The position numbers and the translations under genes were made by a program. DNA of 64,000 bases. Source: Lama glama. Lineage: Eukaryota. The notes under the pieces are model-generated. The model was not told where the DNA came from and ran no database searches. It saw only the letters and a program-made list of their open reading frames with translations. The stretch lies in the NCBI GenBank assembly GCA_028534125.1, contig CM052832.1:6202001-6266000 (forward strand), written 5' to 3'. This document shows, piece after piece, positions 49,996 through 61,182 of this stretch (positions are counted from its first letter, which is position 1; every line of letters starts with the position of its first letter).

Positions 49996-52327
49996 TCCAA
50001 CCCGACCCCAGAGGGACCGAGTGCACCGAGGAAGTAAAGAAAAAACATTTTTTTAAAAAAATTGAAGTACAGTTGATTTAAATGTGTTAGTTTCTGGTGT
50101 ACAGCAAAGTGATTCAGCTCTAAAAGATGAAATTTTGGTTTGAGCTTTGGTCCCAAGCCCACTTGAAAGGAGGCTTCAGATCACAGTATCAGAATTCTTT
50201 TTTCCTCTCCCATAGAATAACAGCTCTCAAAGCTGTCCAGGGGAGCGCCTCGCGTGGGAAGCTTTCATGATGCTCATGGTGGGGCCTGCCCTGCCCTGAG
50301 ATTTGGTAGGTTTAGAGTAGGGCGGGGGCACCTGGATTTTTCACGTGAGCTCCCCGCTATCTCCTCTTCTCCTTCCCGAGCCCGTCCTCCTTCTTGCAGT
50401 CCATCTTACTCATGATTGGCCTGTGGGCCAATGACTGGGAATCCCTGGTCTGAAACCCTGACGATAAGTTATAGTTTTACCATTTCTAGCAAGTCCAAGG
50501 AGTCAGCCCAGAAGCCTCCTGCCAGTGTGGAAAGGAGGGAGAATAAAGAGGCCGAGAGGATGAGAGAGGGTCTCCTCCTAACACGCAGAGCTGTCCCCCA
50601 GGACTTCTGGTGTTGGGTTTGCAGCCTCACGCCTGGATGCCCTGTGGGAGAAGATTTTTCAGGGAGAGAGACTGAAAGAGAAACGGAGAGAAAGCGCCAC
50701 ATGGGGGCCAGGCCCTCCGTTTGGAAGCAGCCTTGGCACAGGAGAGAGAGCACGTCCGCGTGCGCCAGGACGGCGGCCCTCTGGGAGCGCCAGCAGTTCA
50801 GGGACACGGCCCGCACAGGACCCGGGAATCCACGTTAAAACCTGTCCCCGGAAGTGGAGGAAAGTGGGGAAGGGTCTACAAGGAGCACGGGCTCCCTCTG
50901 CGATGTGGCCGCACTCCAGGAAGGTTCTGGGAAATCAGTTAGGCAGGTCGTGGCAATTTATCAAAAAAAAAAAAAGAAAGAAAACAGAAAATATCCAAGA
51001 GCAAAGAGAAAGAATTAAGTTTTGTTTCACAAAACTATTTGGTTATTTTAAGTATATATAAAATTTTCATTGTGTTCGAGTGTGTACATACACACACATG
51101 TTTTATGCAGTATCTGTGTGTGTATATACACATACTCATGTGATAAAATATGTTTCTTTCTATGGGGTCAAAAACATTTGAAAAACACCACTCCAGAGAT
51201 GAATATCCAGCCCTTTCGGAAAGCAGAAAGCCCAGGCTAGAGGGCACAAACCTCAGGGCAGCCAGGTTTGGGGAAACAGGATCGGGAAGCTGATCTGGAG
51301 GCCAGGCCGCTGCCCAGAGAAAGTTAAAGCGGTCGGTTGGGGGAGGTGGGGTTTGCGGGCAGGAAGGTGGGAGCGTGAGAGGACCATCCACGACCGACCG
51401 GAGGAGGTGCATACAAGAGGTGTACTTGCCCCACTGGTTATCCTTCATGCTTCCCTACAAAGAGTCTCTGCTGCCGTGCAGGCCACGTCTGTGGGAGCCA
51501 CCACCCGTCTCTAGTGCCTTTTCTCTTTTCCTGTAGATCACAGTGCAGAGAGTGGGGCCGAGCCGTCGGGATGGTGGGGTGTGTGTGAAGTTCAAAGCGC
51601 ACCCAGGAAGCAAGGTGAGTGGAGCACCAACCCTGTGCTCTGTGCTCCTGGCCTCGGCCACTTGCTCTAATGGTGGGTTATTGAGTTTGGGAATCACAGC
51701 CTTCCTTCTTTTCCTCTGGAGCTGTGAAGGGGAAGGGAATTTAACGATCATGACTGTGGGCTGAATTTTGTCTAAATTATTCTGAGCTAACTGTGAACTT
51801 GAGGACAATTTGTCGCTTATTACATCAGCTCTGAAGAAGGACATTTGCTGGATTGGTTCATTGTGATTTTTATGCTGATTCGATCCTTACAGTAATGGTT
51901 CCAGGGTCCTGGGTTATTTGAATGCTTGCCTTTACTGAGATGAAAAGAAAACCTCAGCGAAATAGAAAAGGCTGGCTGTCAAATGCACCCAGTTGCAAAG
52001 TTAAACAAGTCATGATTTTAAAGTAGTCTGTGTTGAGTCAAGTTTGAGCCCCTAGAAGAGACCTCTGGAAAAATTTTCCTAGTAAGTTTGTAAAGTGAGA
52101 AAGTCACTACTTCTGCAGCAGGAGTGGAAGTGATGGCGTCTCCGGTGGAAAAATCATCAAACACTCAGGGCTTCCGATGAGCCCAGTTAGACCTCTGTGC
52201 ATTTTTAAATTTTGGCTTGAATTCTTTGTTTTTGTGCCTCAGCCTTGCACAGTGCACACCCGTCTGGTCACAGACTGCGAACCCAGCTGTTCATGTCCCA
52301 TCCAGGACCTCATCCAAGACCAGGAAG

Positions 52328-52396
52328 ATGAGGGTTCCGGCGTTCTGGCTTTTCTCTTTCCTCATGGTCACCGAGGGCCGGGTCAGCTTCCTGGGG
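52328..52396 (+). CDS. ADGRF1: ADGRF1 exon 2 coding part: signal peptide MRVPAFWLFSFLMVTEGRVSFLG
   Basis: ATG in AAGATGA (A at -3), hydrophobic signal peptide similar to human MKVGVLWLISFFTFTDGHGGFLG, donor GGG|GTGAGT, phase 0. Confidence 0.93.
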
Positions 52397-52739
52397 GTGA
52401 GTTGGCGTATGTCCCGTTTTCCTCTCCTCTGTCCTTCTGGCTGGCTGAGCATCCATCACTCCCTAAGCAGCTGAAGTGATGTGATTTAATAGACTTGGAA
52501 TCAGGACTCAGAGTAGTCCTCGGTTCTTGTCTCAGTGTTACCAACTGTGTGGCCTTGGACGAGTCATTTCATCTCTTGGAGCTTCAATGATCGAACTGCA
52601 AAACCGGGATCTTGGGCTAAGCCATCCTGGAGATTTTTTCTAACTCAGCCTGCCCATGCCTTCTTTGGTGAAGAAAAAGCACATAGATCAGTGTTAGCAA
52701 TCCTTGGCCCCTTCCCTGTTTATACTCGCTTTCTTCATG

Positions 52740-53560
52740 CTTTCATCTGGGATCACGGTTTTATTGTTCCTTCTATGCCGATGACTCCATCTCAGACCTG
52801 TGCCCCGAACTCCACACTCACATGCACACTACGTACTTGGTGTCTCCGGCCAGGTGCCCATAGGCCCCTCAACTTAATATGTCCAAAGTGAATCTCTTAA
52901 TTTTTTTCTTACCTAAACTGCTCCTCCTTTCCTGTCTCAGCAAGTGGTATCACTGTCTCTCCAGCTGCTTAGGCAAAAAACTTATTTTCATGCTTGACCC
53001 TTCTCATAATCCATATCTAAACCATTGGGTCTTTTTTCCCCCTGACTTTATCTTTAAAATATATCCAGAATCCAAACACTTCCCATCACCTCCATGGCTG
53101 CCATCCTGATCCACACCTTCAGCGTCTCTCACCTATGTTATTTCAGTAACTCCTGAAATGCTGTCATTGCTTCTGTGCTTCCTCCCAACATGGCTGCAAG
53201 ACTGAGACTTCTAAAAAGTGGAGCGGAGCACATCTTTCCTCTGCTCAGAACTGTCTCATGGGCTCCCACCTCACTCAGGTGAAAACAAAGCTCTTGCCAC
53301 AGCCCAGAAAGATCTACACGACCAGCATCCCCGGAGATACTCTCTGACCTCACTTCTGGCCCTTCCCCTACTCCACTTAGCTACTCTGGCCTCCTCGCTC
53401 TGCCTTCTCCCGCCAGGCATATTCTTACCCCAGGGCCTTTGCATGTGCTATTCCCACTGCCTGGAAAGTTCTTTCTCAGGGATCCTCACTTCCCCCACCC
53501 CTACAGCTTTGTGCTCAAAAGGTGCCTTGGTGATGTTTTCTCTCCCCTCACACTCCTGTC
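52740..53560 (+). mobile_element. L2 LINE fragment in intron 2
   Basis: L2 motifs 'caacttaatatgtccaaa', 'aaatatatccagaatcc', 'cagggcctttgcatgtgctattccc...gcctggaa'. Confidence 0.85.
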
Positions 53561-53687
53561 TCCACCATCCCTGGCTAGGAGTTTAGATCCATGATATCAG
53601 TTTATCTGGGAAATTCATTAAGGCCTCGTGAAATGCAACATTACACAGCCTGGATGTAATTATATATATATATATATTTTTTAACAG

Positions 53688-53745
53688 AGAGATGATGGCA
53701 TCAGAATAAAAGGAGAACTCACTGTGAATAAGAAAAACCCTCCAG
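53688..53745 (+). CDS. ADGRF1: ADGRF1 exon 3 (58 nt): RDDGIRIKGELTVNKKNPP-G
   Basis: Acceptor AACAG|, donor CAG|GTGAGA; similar to human KNDGIKTKKELIVNKKKHLG; phase 0 to 1. Confidence 0.92.
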
Positions 53746-55730
53746 GTGAGATTACTTTAGAGGGCATGGCAGAGTGAACCCCAGTGCCAGGAGAGCAGGG
53801 TTCAAACCCCAGGAGTGCTTCTGACAGGTGGCGTAGTCGTTAGCCCGTTACTAAACACCTCAGATATGCAAAATGATAACCATCGCAGTTCCTACTGGGA
53901 GAATGCTTTTGAGGATTGAACAATATACTGAAGGCCTGGTATCCTGCACCACGCCCGGCCAGCAGCCGCCCCTTAGTCCTACTTTCCTTCCTCATCTTGA
54001 TCCCAACAATGTAACGAATAGCACAGGCCTCAGACTAGGAAAGAGTTGTGTTCCGAAATTTAATTTGTGGGTCTGATGTTTCAAGCATGGAAGGTATTTC
54101 CTCATGGAAACAATGATACACACAGATGGTTATAAGATTCCGGGGTCAGTCCACCGAAGCCTTTTCACAGGGCAGTGAATCCACCGTCCAGCAGACGCCG
54201 GAGGGGCCATGGAACTTACTGAGGGGAGGTAAGTCTACAGTTCTTTGGGAGCATGACATCAACATGTCAACTAGGAAGGCCACGGCATGGTAAAAGTACA
54301 CGTATATATTGAGCCGTCACTGCGTGCCTGGCACTATTTTAAGTGTGTTAAATCAGTCAAAGCCTCACACACACCCTCTCTGGGTTCGGTGTAATGGTCA
54401 TCTTTATTTTACAGACAGTGAAATTAACAGAGCTGGGGGCAGGAGGCGTGTTCACGCCCCTGTCAGTCTGACTCCAGACCAGAGTCGTTAACCCCTGACC
54501 GTGTGACCAGAGTCACCTTTTCCCCCACCCCCCGCCTCTTATCTGCTTGGGCCGTGGCAGTGGACATGCCCTCAGCTCCCACCACTTGGGGTGACTCCCA
54601 AGACCTGGAACAAAGGTTCTGGCCTGGAGGAGATGGGGGGGTAGGGGGCAAGAGATGGGCTGAGGCTCCGAGGTGTGTGTTGGTGGCAGCTCCGAGAGCC
54701 GGGGTCTCCCGTGAATGCCCTGGGACGTACCGCAGTCCCTTGATTTCCTTCGGAGAAGCCTAGGGATTGATCCAGCTGATTTTCCTTCTCTGTAAATCTC
54801 CCTTCTGCCTGGCCCCACAGGACCCCTAAGACACGGGATAGTGTCAGAGATGCTCCCCGTCTCCTCTGTCCCTGCAGAAAGCACAGTAGTGTCCTGAGAA
54901 ATCTGAGGGACTCTGAGAGGTGTCACTGCCCACAGCAATGAAATGAGACCCAGGAGAAAAGGGTGTCAATCTTTTTGCCTCTTTTTCTCTGAGCTCCTTC
55001 ACATTCTTAGCTTGGGGTCCACAGATGACCGCTGGAGGATCTTGAAACCCCACGGAAGTTCATACTGAGTTCCCTGTGAGCGTGCCCAAGTACATTCAGG
55101 AGAGGATCCATCTCTCCCAGCCAAAGCCACCTAGTGGTCTCTCCTTAGGGAAAGAAAAGATGCTGCTCAGAAACTTCAGGGTGAAGACGGGGCTCAGGGA
55201 GGCCCAAGTCAGGTTTGGTCTGGTTTTGCTTTTGCATTTCATATACACACACAAACTCAGCCAATTCATGGAATGTTTGTGCAGGAGAAGGAAGGGCTCT
55301 TCAGAGAGGAGACAGGAAACCGGGAGGTCGGTATCAGAGATCCATCCAGGGGAGCAGAGCTGGGGGAGGAGCAGGGAAGGCTGCCTGGGACTTCCTCACC
55401 TCGTCTCCCTTCGGTCTTGACCCCTGAAACTTGACTCTGGATGCGACCTGAGAAGTGTGTAGAGTCAGGAGGGTGATGCTGGGGTAGGTCCCAGAGGGTG
55501 GAGCAGCCGGCTTGGCAGAAGTAAGAGAGACCCAGCTCCGGCACCACTGGACGTCTGCGTGCTTTGCTCCGGGGCCTCACTGTTAGTCCACGTCTGGATG
55601 AGCCGAAGGGAATGCTGGGCAGCGTCCGTGACCCTGGGCTGAGACGGGTGACTGCTCCAAGGTCACTCCCTCTACAATATCCACCCCTGAGCCTGAGACA
55701 GGAGGCCTCCGACTGTCTTTCTCTCTCCAG

Positions 55731-55880
55731 GCCCAGTCCAGGAGTACGAGCTGCTGCTTCAGGCGGCCTATCGAGATGCCGAGGAGAAAATAAAACTGAA
55801 GAAATTTCTGATGGCTTTGAGGCTTCCATCCCCATGGTTACCTGGGCCGATGAGGATCATCAGAGTGAAGGCCACCACGT
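55731..55880 (+). CDS. ADGRF1: ADGRF1 exon 4 (150 nt): PVQEYELLLQAAYRDAEEKIKLKKFLMALRLPSPWLPGPMRIIRVKATT
   Basis: Acceptor ctctctccag|, donor CGT|GTCAGT; similar to human PVEEYQLLLQVTYRDSKEK...IRIIRAKATT; phase 1 to 1. Confidence 0.92.
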
Positions 55881-56069
55881 GTCAGTGTCCCCGGTGACCG
55901 GGAGTGGAAACCGGGAAGGTGGTGTTTGCGGTGGGAGAGGTTAGATTATGCTGCGGAAACAGCCAGCCCCACAAGTGGCTTATAAGAATAAATGCTCAAA
56001 AGAAATATTTAGCCAACAGCACCAATGACCACAGCAGTGGGGTTAGGAGACGTTAAATGATCTGTCTAA

Positions 56070-56225
56070 AGCAGTAGTTCTCAGAGTGTGGTCCCCAGTC
56101 CGGCAGTTGCAGCAGCATCAGGAAACATAAAAGAATCATAGTGAACCATGAACCTTGGGGTGAGACCCTCCCGACCCCAACCAGGAGAGGCTGATGCATG
56201 ATAAAGCCTGAGAACCATTTACTGC
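56070..56225. mobile_element. MER5A-like hAT relic
   Basis: 'cagtagttctcagagtgtggtcccc...gcagcatca...tgagaacca'. Confidence 0.65.
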
Positions 56226-56811
56226 ACACCGTCCGGCATAATTTCACAACAGTGCCTGGTGACTTTGCCCCATTTTTTGTTTTTGTTTTTGTTTTTAATC
56301 TATTAAAAAGGGAAGGTTTTTAGTGGGAGTTTTCAGTCAGATAGAAGGGGATAAGTCCACAGGACTGACTGATGGGATTTTTCACCATGACTCTCCAAAA
56401 AAGTTCCCTGTGTCTTTGCCATGTTGCTGACGGGGCCTACAGGGGAGTGACGCCAGGTGGATGGGAGCCTCCGATAAGACAGTGGACAGATATCCCCTCG
56501 AACCCTTCCAATAACTCACAGGTTCACAGACCCTCTTCTGCTTCCCTCTCCATTCAAGCCATATCTACTTCCGGATGCTAGTCCCAGCCATTTGATTTTT
56601 ATAAGATTTCCAGTTCCAACCTCAGTATCTCTTGCGTGTGGGCATTCACTTAACCTTATACATACTTATTGCCATTTTGGTTTCATCCTTCGAGCTCTTG
56701 GTGGGAAACACTTCTAGCCTTTGGTTCCGATTCTATGTCAGAGCCGAGAGAACTCAGCGGTGGTCCATTTATTTGTCAGGCCCCATGAAACCAAGCTCTG
56801 TTCTTCTGCAG

Positions 56812-56985
56812 ACTGTAGCGACCAGAACAGGGCCCTGAGGTGTGCCTGTGAAGACGGCTACTCCTGGTTTCCTCCCTCGTGCCTCGATCCCCAGAAATGC
56901 TACCTTCACATGGCTGGAGCGCTCCCAAGCTGTGACTGTCATGTCCACAACCTCACGCAGAGTGTCTACTTCTGTGAGAGAACAA
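56812..56985 (+). CDS. ADGRF1: ADGRF1 exon 5 (174 nt), Cys-rich: YCSDQNRALRCACEDGYSWFPPSCLDPQKCYLHMAGALPSCDCHVHNLTQSVYFCERT
   Basis: Acceptor ttctgcag|, donor CAA|GTAAGC; closely matches human CTCEDSYTWFPPSCLDPQNCYLHTAGALPSCECH; phase 1 to 1. Confidence 0.97.
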
Positions 56986-58659
56986 GTAAGCGTGTGAGGA
57001 TGCCAAGAGGGGAGCTCTGGGCTGCGGCAAGGGACAGAGAGGGACCTCTACATCATTGCCCCAGTGTTTCCTCTTTGCCTTCCTGGGAAGAACTAGTGTT
57101 TTCAGGGAGACTGTAGGGCAGTGACAACATACCCTGCTGGCCTTGGCTGGACTCAGTGAGAGCTTCGTATGTGCAGAAAATTCAGAAATGCACGTTGGTG
57201 TCTGGGCGTCAGTTCAACCTGGAGGAGCGTCTAGCTCACCTCTATAATTCTATGATTCTTTTGAGATTTAAGGGGATTCACTAAAATTCCGAGTAGGGGA
57301 ATTGCTTGAGTAAATAACATTTTCCTTCCTACCTTCTTTTCACCTGTTTGGCCGACATCAACTTCCAGAAAATAAAAGTTTAGAGGCATGAAAGCAGAGA
57401 GGGTTACACAGTGATTATACTGAAAAAAACGCTCTAACTTGCCAACAAATACACATGCTGAATGAATTGCCAAAACGAAACTAAAGTTGAAGAGTCTACC
57501 TTAGGAAATCGGTTGAAGTTGAGGGAGCTACTGTTGACTTAGGTTGACACTCAGTGGGTGATGAGGTCAGCCAACGGCGTGGGCTCCAAGGGCTGGAAGC
57601 ACTTTAAGAAATATTCCCCTAAGACTGGTTCAGTTATCCTGCAGCTCCAGATCTTGGCAGTGCTGAGCAAAGTGTGTGGGAGGACCTGAAATAGCCCAGT
57701 TTCCCTGGGTCTCCCTGGGTCCTCTTACCAGGACCACAGCAATTCAGATTAAGGTAACGTGTAATTATTAAGCACCATCTTTATACCCAGATCGGGGACA
57801 AATTCTGGGAGGGCCCAATGAAGCGTTTCTCTTGCTATGGATAAATTAACAGGCTACCAGGGGAGGCTAGGCTGTTAACACAAGAAAGAAGACAATGTAA
57901 TCTCTTCAACGCGTTTTGACGAAAGTCTACCCTTTGAAAGGTGATCCATGTCTGCTCCATCTTTGGGGGATACAGAGATGGATAGACAGGCATTTTAGTC
58001 ACAAGGGGCTTCCCAAAGTAGAGTGGGGACATATACACATGCCACGTGTTCAGAAAGAGATGTGTAGGTAAAGAGGCTGAAAAGGAGGTACAGATAAAGT
58101 ACTGTAGGGATTTAGCAGTGGGAAGGACTCTTGCCTCTGGGGCCCAGAGAAGGCCATGGAAAGGAGGCTCAGTTAACAAGGTACTGAATGAAAGCTACAC
58201 AGGATTCATCCATCCAAAGATGGGGAATGGCTGGTCCCAGAGCAGAAAAGCACCAGTAATGGGTAAGCAAGGGGTATGTTGGAGTTAGTAAGTTGTGATG
58301 TTTTAAAAATGATTTTAAAAAAACCCTTTAATAGGGACAATGTTAAGCTCAATGCCTAAACTGGGATATATTTCATTGCTAAGTGACTGCCTTTTATAAC
58401 CGCATGGGAGTGGCTACTCGTTTACCTACTTAAAGGTCGTCTTGATTACCAGCCATCCCCATTACATTCCAAATCCACAACAGAAAATTCTGGTTTTATG
58501 TATGCTTCCTATATTACTTTAGGTGAACATTCACCAAAAGAAATTGAAATACTGCCATCAATGAGATGGCCTGAATTAGACTTCTGTAATTTTATGCTAT
58601 AATATAAACAAGTGAGTAATTTTTATATAATTTTGTAAATTTCTTTTTGTTTTCTATAG

Positions 58660-58760
58660 AGGTTTGGGGTACTTTCAAAATTAATGAAACATTTACAAAA
58701 GACCTTTTGAATCCATCTTCTGCTGTTTACTCCAAATATACCACTGGAATTGAAATTCAA
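58660..58760 (+). CDS. ADGRF1: ADGRF1 exon 6 (101 nt), SEA domain start: KVWGTFKINETFTKDLLNPSSAVYSKYTTGIEIQ
   Basis: Acceptor tttctatag|, donor CAA|GTAAGC; matches human KIWGTFKINERFTNDLLNSSSAIYSKYANGIEIQ; phase 1 to 0. Confidence 0.97.
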
Positions 58761-59039
58761 GTAAGCACCTCCTACCTATTACATAAGATTTCATTGGCTA
58801 AACATAAGTTCCCAATGCAACATATTTATTTAACACATATTCTTAATGACTCATTTTCAGCGAGTTACTTACATAGCAGTTAATCACCCTGCCCACAATG
58901 ATGTACTTTGAACATTTTCTTTCAAGGAGCATTAAGCCGTTGACATCTTTCCATTTCTTTTGTGTTCAGTTTGGCTCCTTTGTTAGGGTAGTGTTCTTGA
59001 TTATTTTTCTGTTCTTTGTTTGTCAAAAGAAAGTTTTTG

Positions 59040-59230
59040 TACTGGATAGCACAGGGAACCGTATTCAATATCTTATAGTAACCTACGGTGAAGAAGAACA
59101 TGAGAATGAATGTATGTATGTTCCCATGGGACTGGTGCTGTACACCAGAAATTGATACAACATTGTAAACTGACTGTACTTCAATAAAAATATATTTAAA
59201 AATATATATATACAACTTTAAAGACTTAAG
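59040..59230 (+). mobile_element. Young L1 3' tail in intron 6
   Basis: 'tagcacagggaaccgtattcaatatctt...gctgtacaccagaaattgatacaacattgtaaactgactgtacttcaataaaa'. Confidence 0.9.
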
Positions 59231-59779
59231 AAAAAAAGTTTTCATGATCTAAGCTCAATTGTCAATATTTGAGATTTGTTCTTCAAAAAGCCTCTCTTGT
59301 TAGAGGCTAAAGTGAGTTCCTAGGAGAAATTCTGGACTTCATAATGAAGTCACCTAAACTACCTTTGCCTAGGATGATGGTTCAGGTGTGGTTCTAACAG
59401 AAGACACACACAGACGCTTCCCAGGTAGACTCAGCTTAAGTGCCTATTGAAATCAATGGCTTATTTTGCGGAAGGAAAAAATAGATTTGGGGTGAATTTA
59501 TTATATTATCTGGCACCCCATTCATCCTCTAGTCTAAGCAATTGGTTCTACATTCTTTATAAGCAACCTCAAAAATAAATTACATATGTGTGCACATGCG
59601 TGTGTGTGTACGTTGATTTTAATTGTATTTCTGTAACAGGCAGCTACCTCCCGCCATGTCTCCTTCGCTCAGTGCTTTCGTTAGTTTATTTATTGTCTGC
59701 ATCCATTTTTTTTTTCCTCAAATGGCTTTCCTGTATGGGGACAAAGATTAACATATCGCCCTTTGCTCTCTTTGTAAAG

Positions 59780-59838
59780 CTTAAAGAAGCATACAAAGGA
59801 ATCCAAGGGTTTGAATCAGTTCGTGTCACTCAATTTCG
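59780..59838 (+). CDS. ADGRF1: ADGRF1 exon 7 (59 nt), SEA domain: LKEAYKGIQGFESVRVTQF-R
   Basis: Acceptor tttgtaaag| (AAG), donor TCG|GTAAGT; matches human LKKAYERIQGFESVQVTQFR; phase 0 to 2. Confidence 0.96.
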
Positions 59839-59954
59839 GTAAGTAACACAATGGCCTTAGAAGGGAGCCCCTGGAATTGCGCACCAGTCCTGCAGGGTGC
59901 CTGGTGCTGTTTCCCAGTCACCCTGGCAGAAAACAGGGCAAAACTGGTCTTTGA

Positions 59955-60452
59955 AGTAGCATTCTTACCCAGGTTCTTATGAAATCACCACTTCTGCCCT
60001 TGGACCCAGTGCACAGGAAGCTCTGTATACGCTTCCCAAGAGAGTGAATTTTCTGTTTCCCTCAATCCTGTAGGGCTCCTGGAGTTAAGCCCCGCTGGCC
60101 TTCAAAACCAGGTGTCCTGGGGTCTCCTCCTCCTCCCAGTGCTGGAACCCGGGGCGGGGGAGCCTGACGTGGGGCTCGGAAGTCTCACTCCTGTGGGAGG
60201 GCCTCTGTGGCTTAATTATTCTTCAGCTTGTGGGTCGCCCCCCTGGGGGGATGGGGCCTGATTATATGGCGAGCACGCCCCTCCTACCTTCCCACTGTGG
60301 CTCCCTCTTTATGTTTCCATTTGCAAAAGATCTTTTTTGCTAGGTTCCAGGCTGTTTTTCCAGTGGTTGTTAAGCAGTCAGTTGTGGTTTTGTTGTAGTC
60401 GCGAGAGGAGGCGGGCTCGTGGTCCTACCTCTCTGCCATCTTGACTGGAAAT
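59955..60452 (-). mobile_element. L1/HAL1-type 5'UTR fragment in intron 7
   Basis: Minus strand begins '...ttccagtCAAGATGGCagagaggtaggac...', a typical L1 5' terminus with YY1 core; GC-rich; no ORF or polyA follows. Confidence 0.75.
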
Positions 60453-60509
60453 CCACCACTGCTTTTAAATAAAAAATATAACCTTTTAATAAAAAATAAA
60501 ATTCAAACT

Positions 60510-61000
60510 CTAAAGGGCCCAGTCGCTCTGGCTGCCGAGTACTGCTCAAACGTCATCTCCTACCCATCTCGCTCTTGCTCATTGAGTTTTAGTCACGTTA
60601 GTCGGACATGTGTCAGACTCACAGGCATTTTCTTGCCGCCAGCCCTTCTCAGGTGCTGGCGGTGCTATTTTGATGCTCTTTGAATCACCGGCTGTTTCTT
60701 CTCATCCTTCAGGTCTCAGCTTCAGGGACCTTCTGCACAGAGAGGCCTTTCCTGACCAGTCCTATTTAAAGTGGGCCTCACCTCTCCTTGCAGTTCTTGT
60801 CACTGAACCTGCCTCTCATAACACTTAACAAAATTTGTAATTATGTCTAGTTTTCTTTTTTTCCCCTCACATGCATTGCCTTCTCCACTAGCACGTAAGC
60901 TCCATGAAGGCGAAGACCCAAAGACCAAATCTGTCTGACCTGCTCCTGCGGACCCAGTGCCAGGCACGCATGGAGTAAGCCCCGAGTGACTGAATGAACG
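60510..61000 (+). mobile_element. L2 3' fragment
   Basis: 'tcatccttcaggtctcagc...agaggcctttcctgacc...tccactagcacgtaagctccatgaagg...tgaatgaacgaat'. Confidence 0.7.
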
Positions 61001-61030
61001 AATCTCATTTTTCTTTCCCCGTCATTGTAG

Positions 61031-61182
61031 AGATGGAAGCATCGTTGTGTGGTATGAAGTTGTTGGTTCCAGCAGCACCTCCGAGCTGCTGTCAGGCATT
61101 GAACAGGTGGCTGAGAAAGCTAAGGCGGGTCTTCACAAGCTGTTTCCACTACAAGACGACTCTTTCAGAGTGTTCGGAAAAG
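61031..61182 (+). CDS. ADGRF1: ADGRF1 exon 8 (152 nt), SEA domain end: DGSIVVWYEVVGSSSTSELLSGIEQVAEKAKAGLHKLFPLQDDSFRVFGK
   Basis: Acceptor cattgtag|, donor AAG|GTAACC; matches human NGSIVAGYEVVGSSSASELLSAIEHVAEKAKTALHKLFPLEDGSFRVFGK; phase 2 to 1. Confidence 0.97.

Noticed and set aside
490..58855. About a dozen scattered AP-1 sites (TGASTCA) and isolated GAS sites (29977, 45002)
   Set aside because: Close to chance expectation (~8 AP-1 sites per 64 kb at uniform composition) and mostly unclustered.
59981..60463. Apparent TSD GAAATC(C)ACCACT[T/G]CT around the L1 5'UTR fragment
   Set aside because: L1-like sequence appears to continue past the left copy to ~59955, so the match is probably coincidental; a consensus alignment would settle it.
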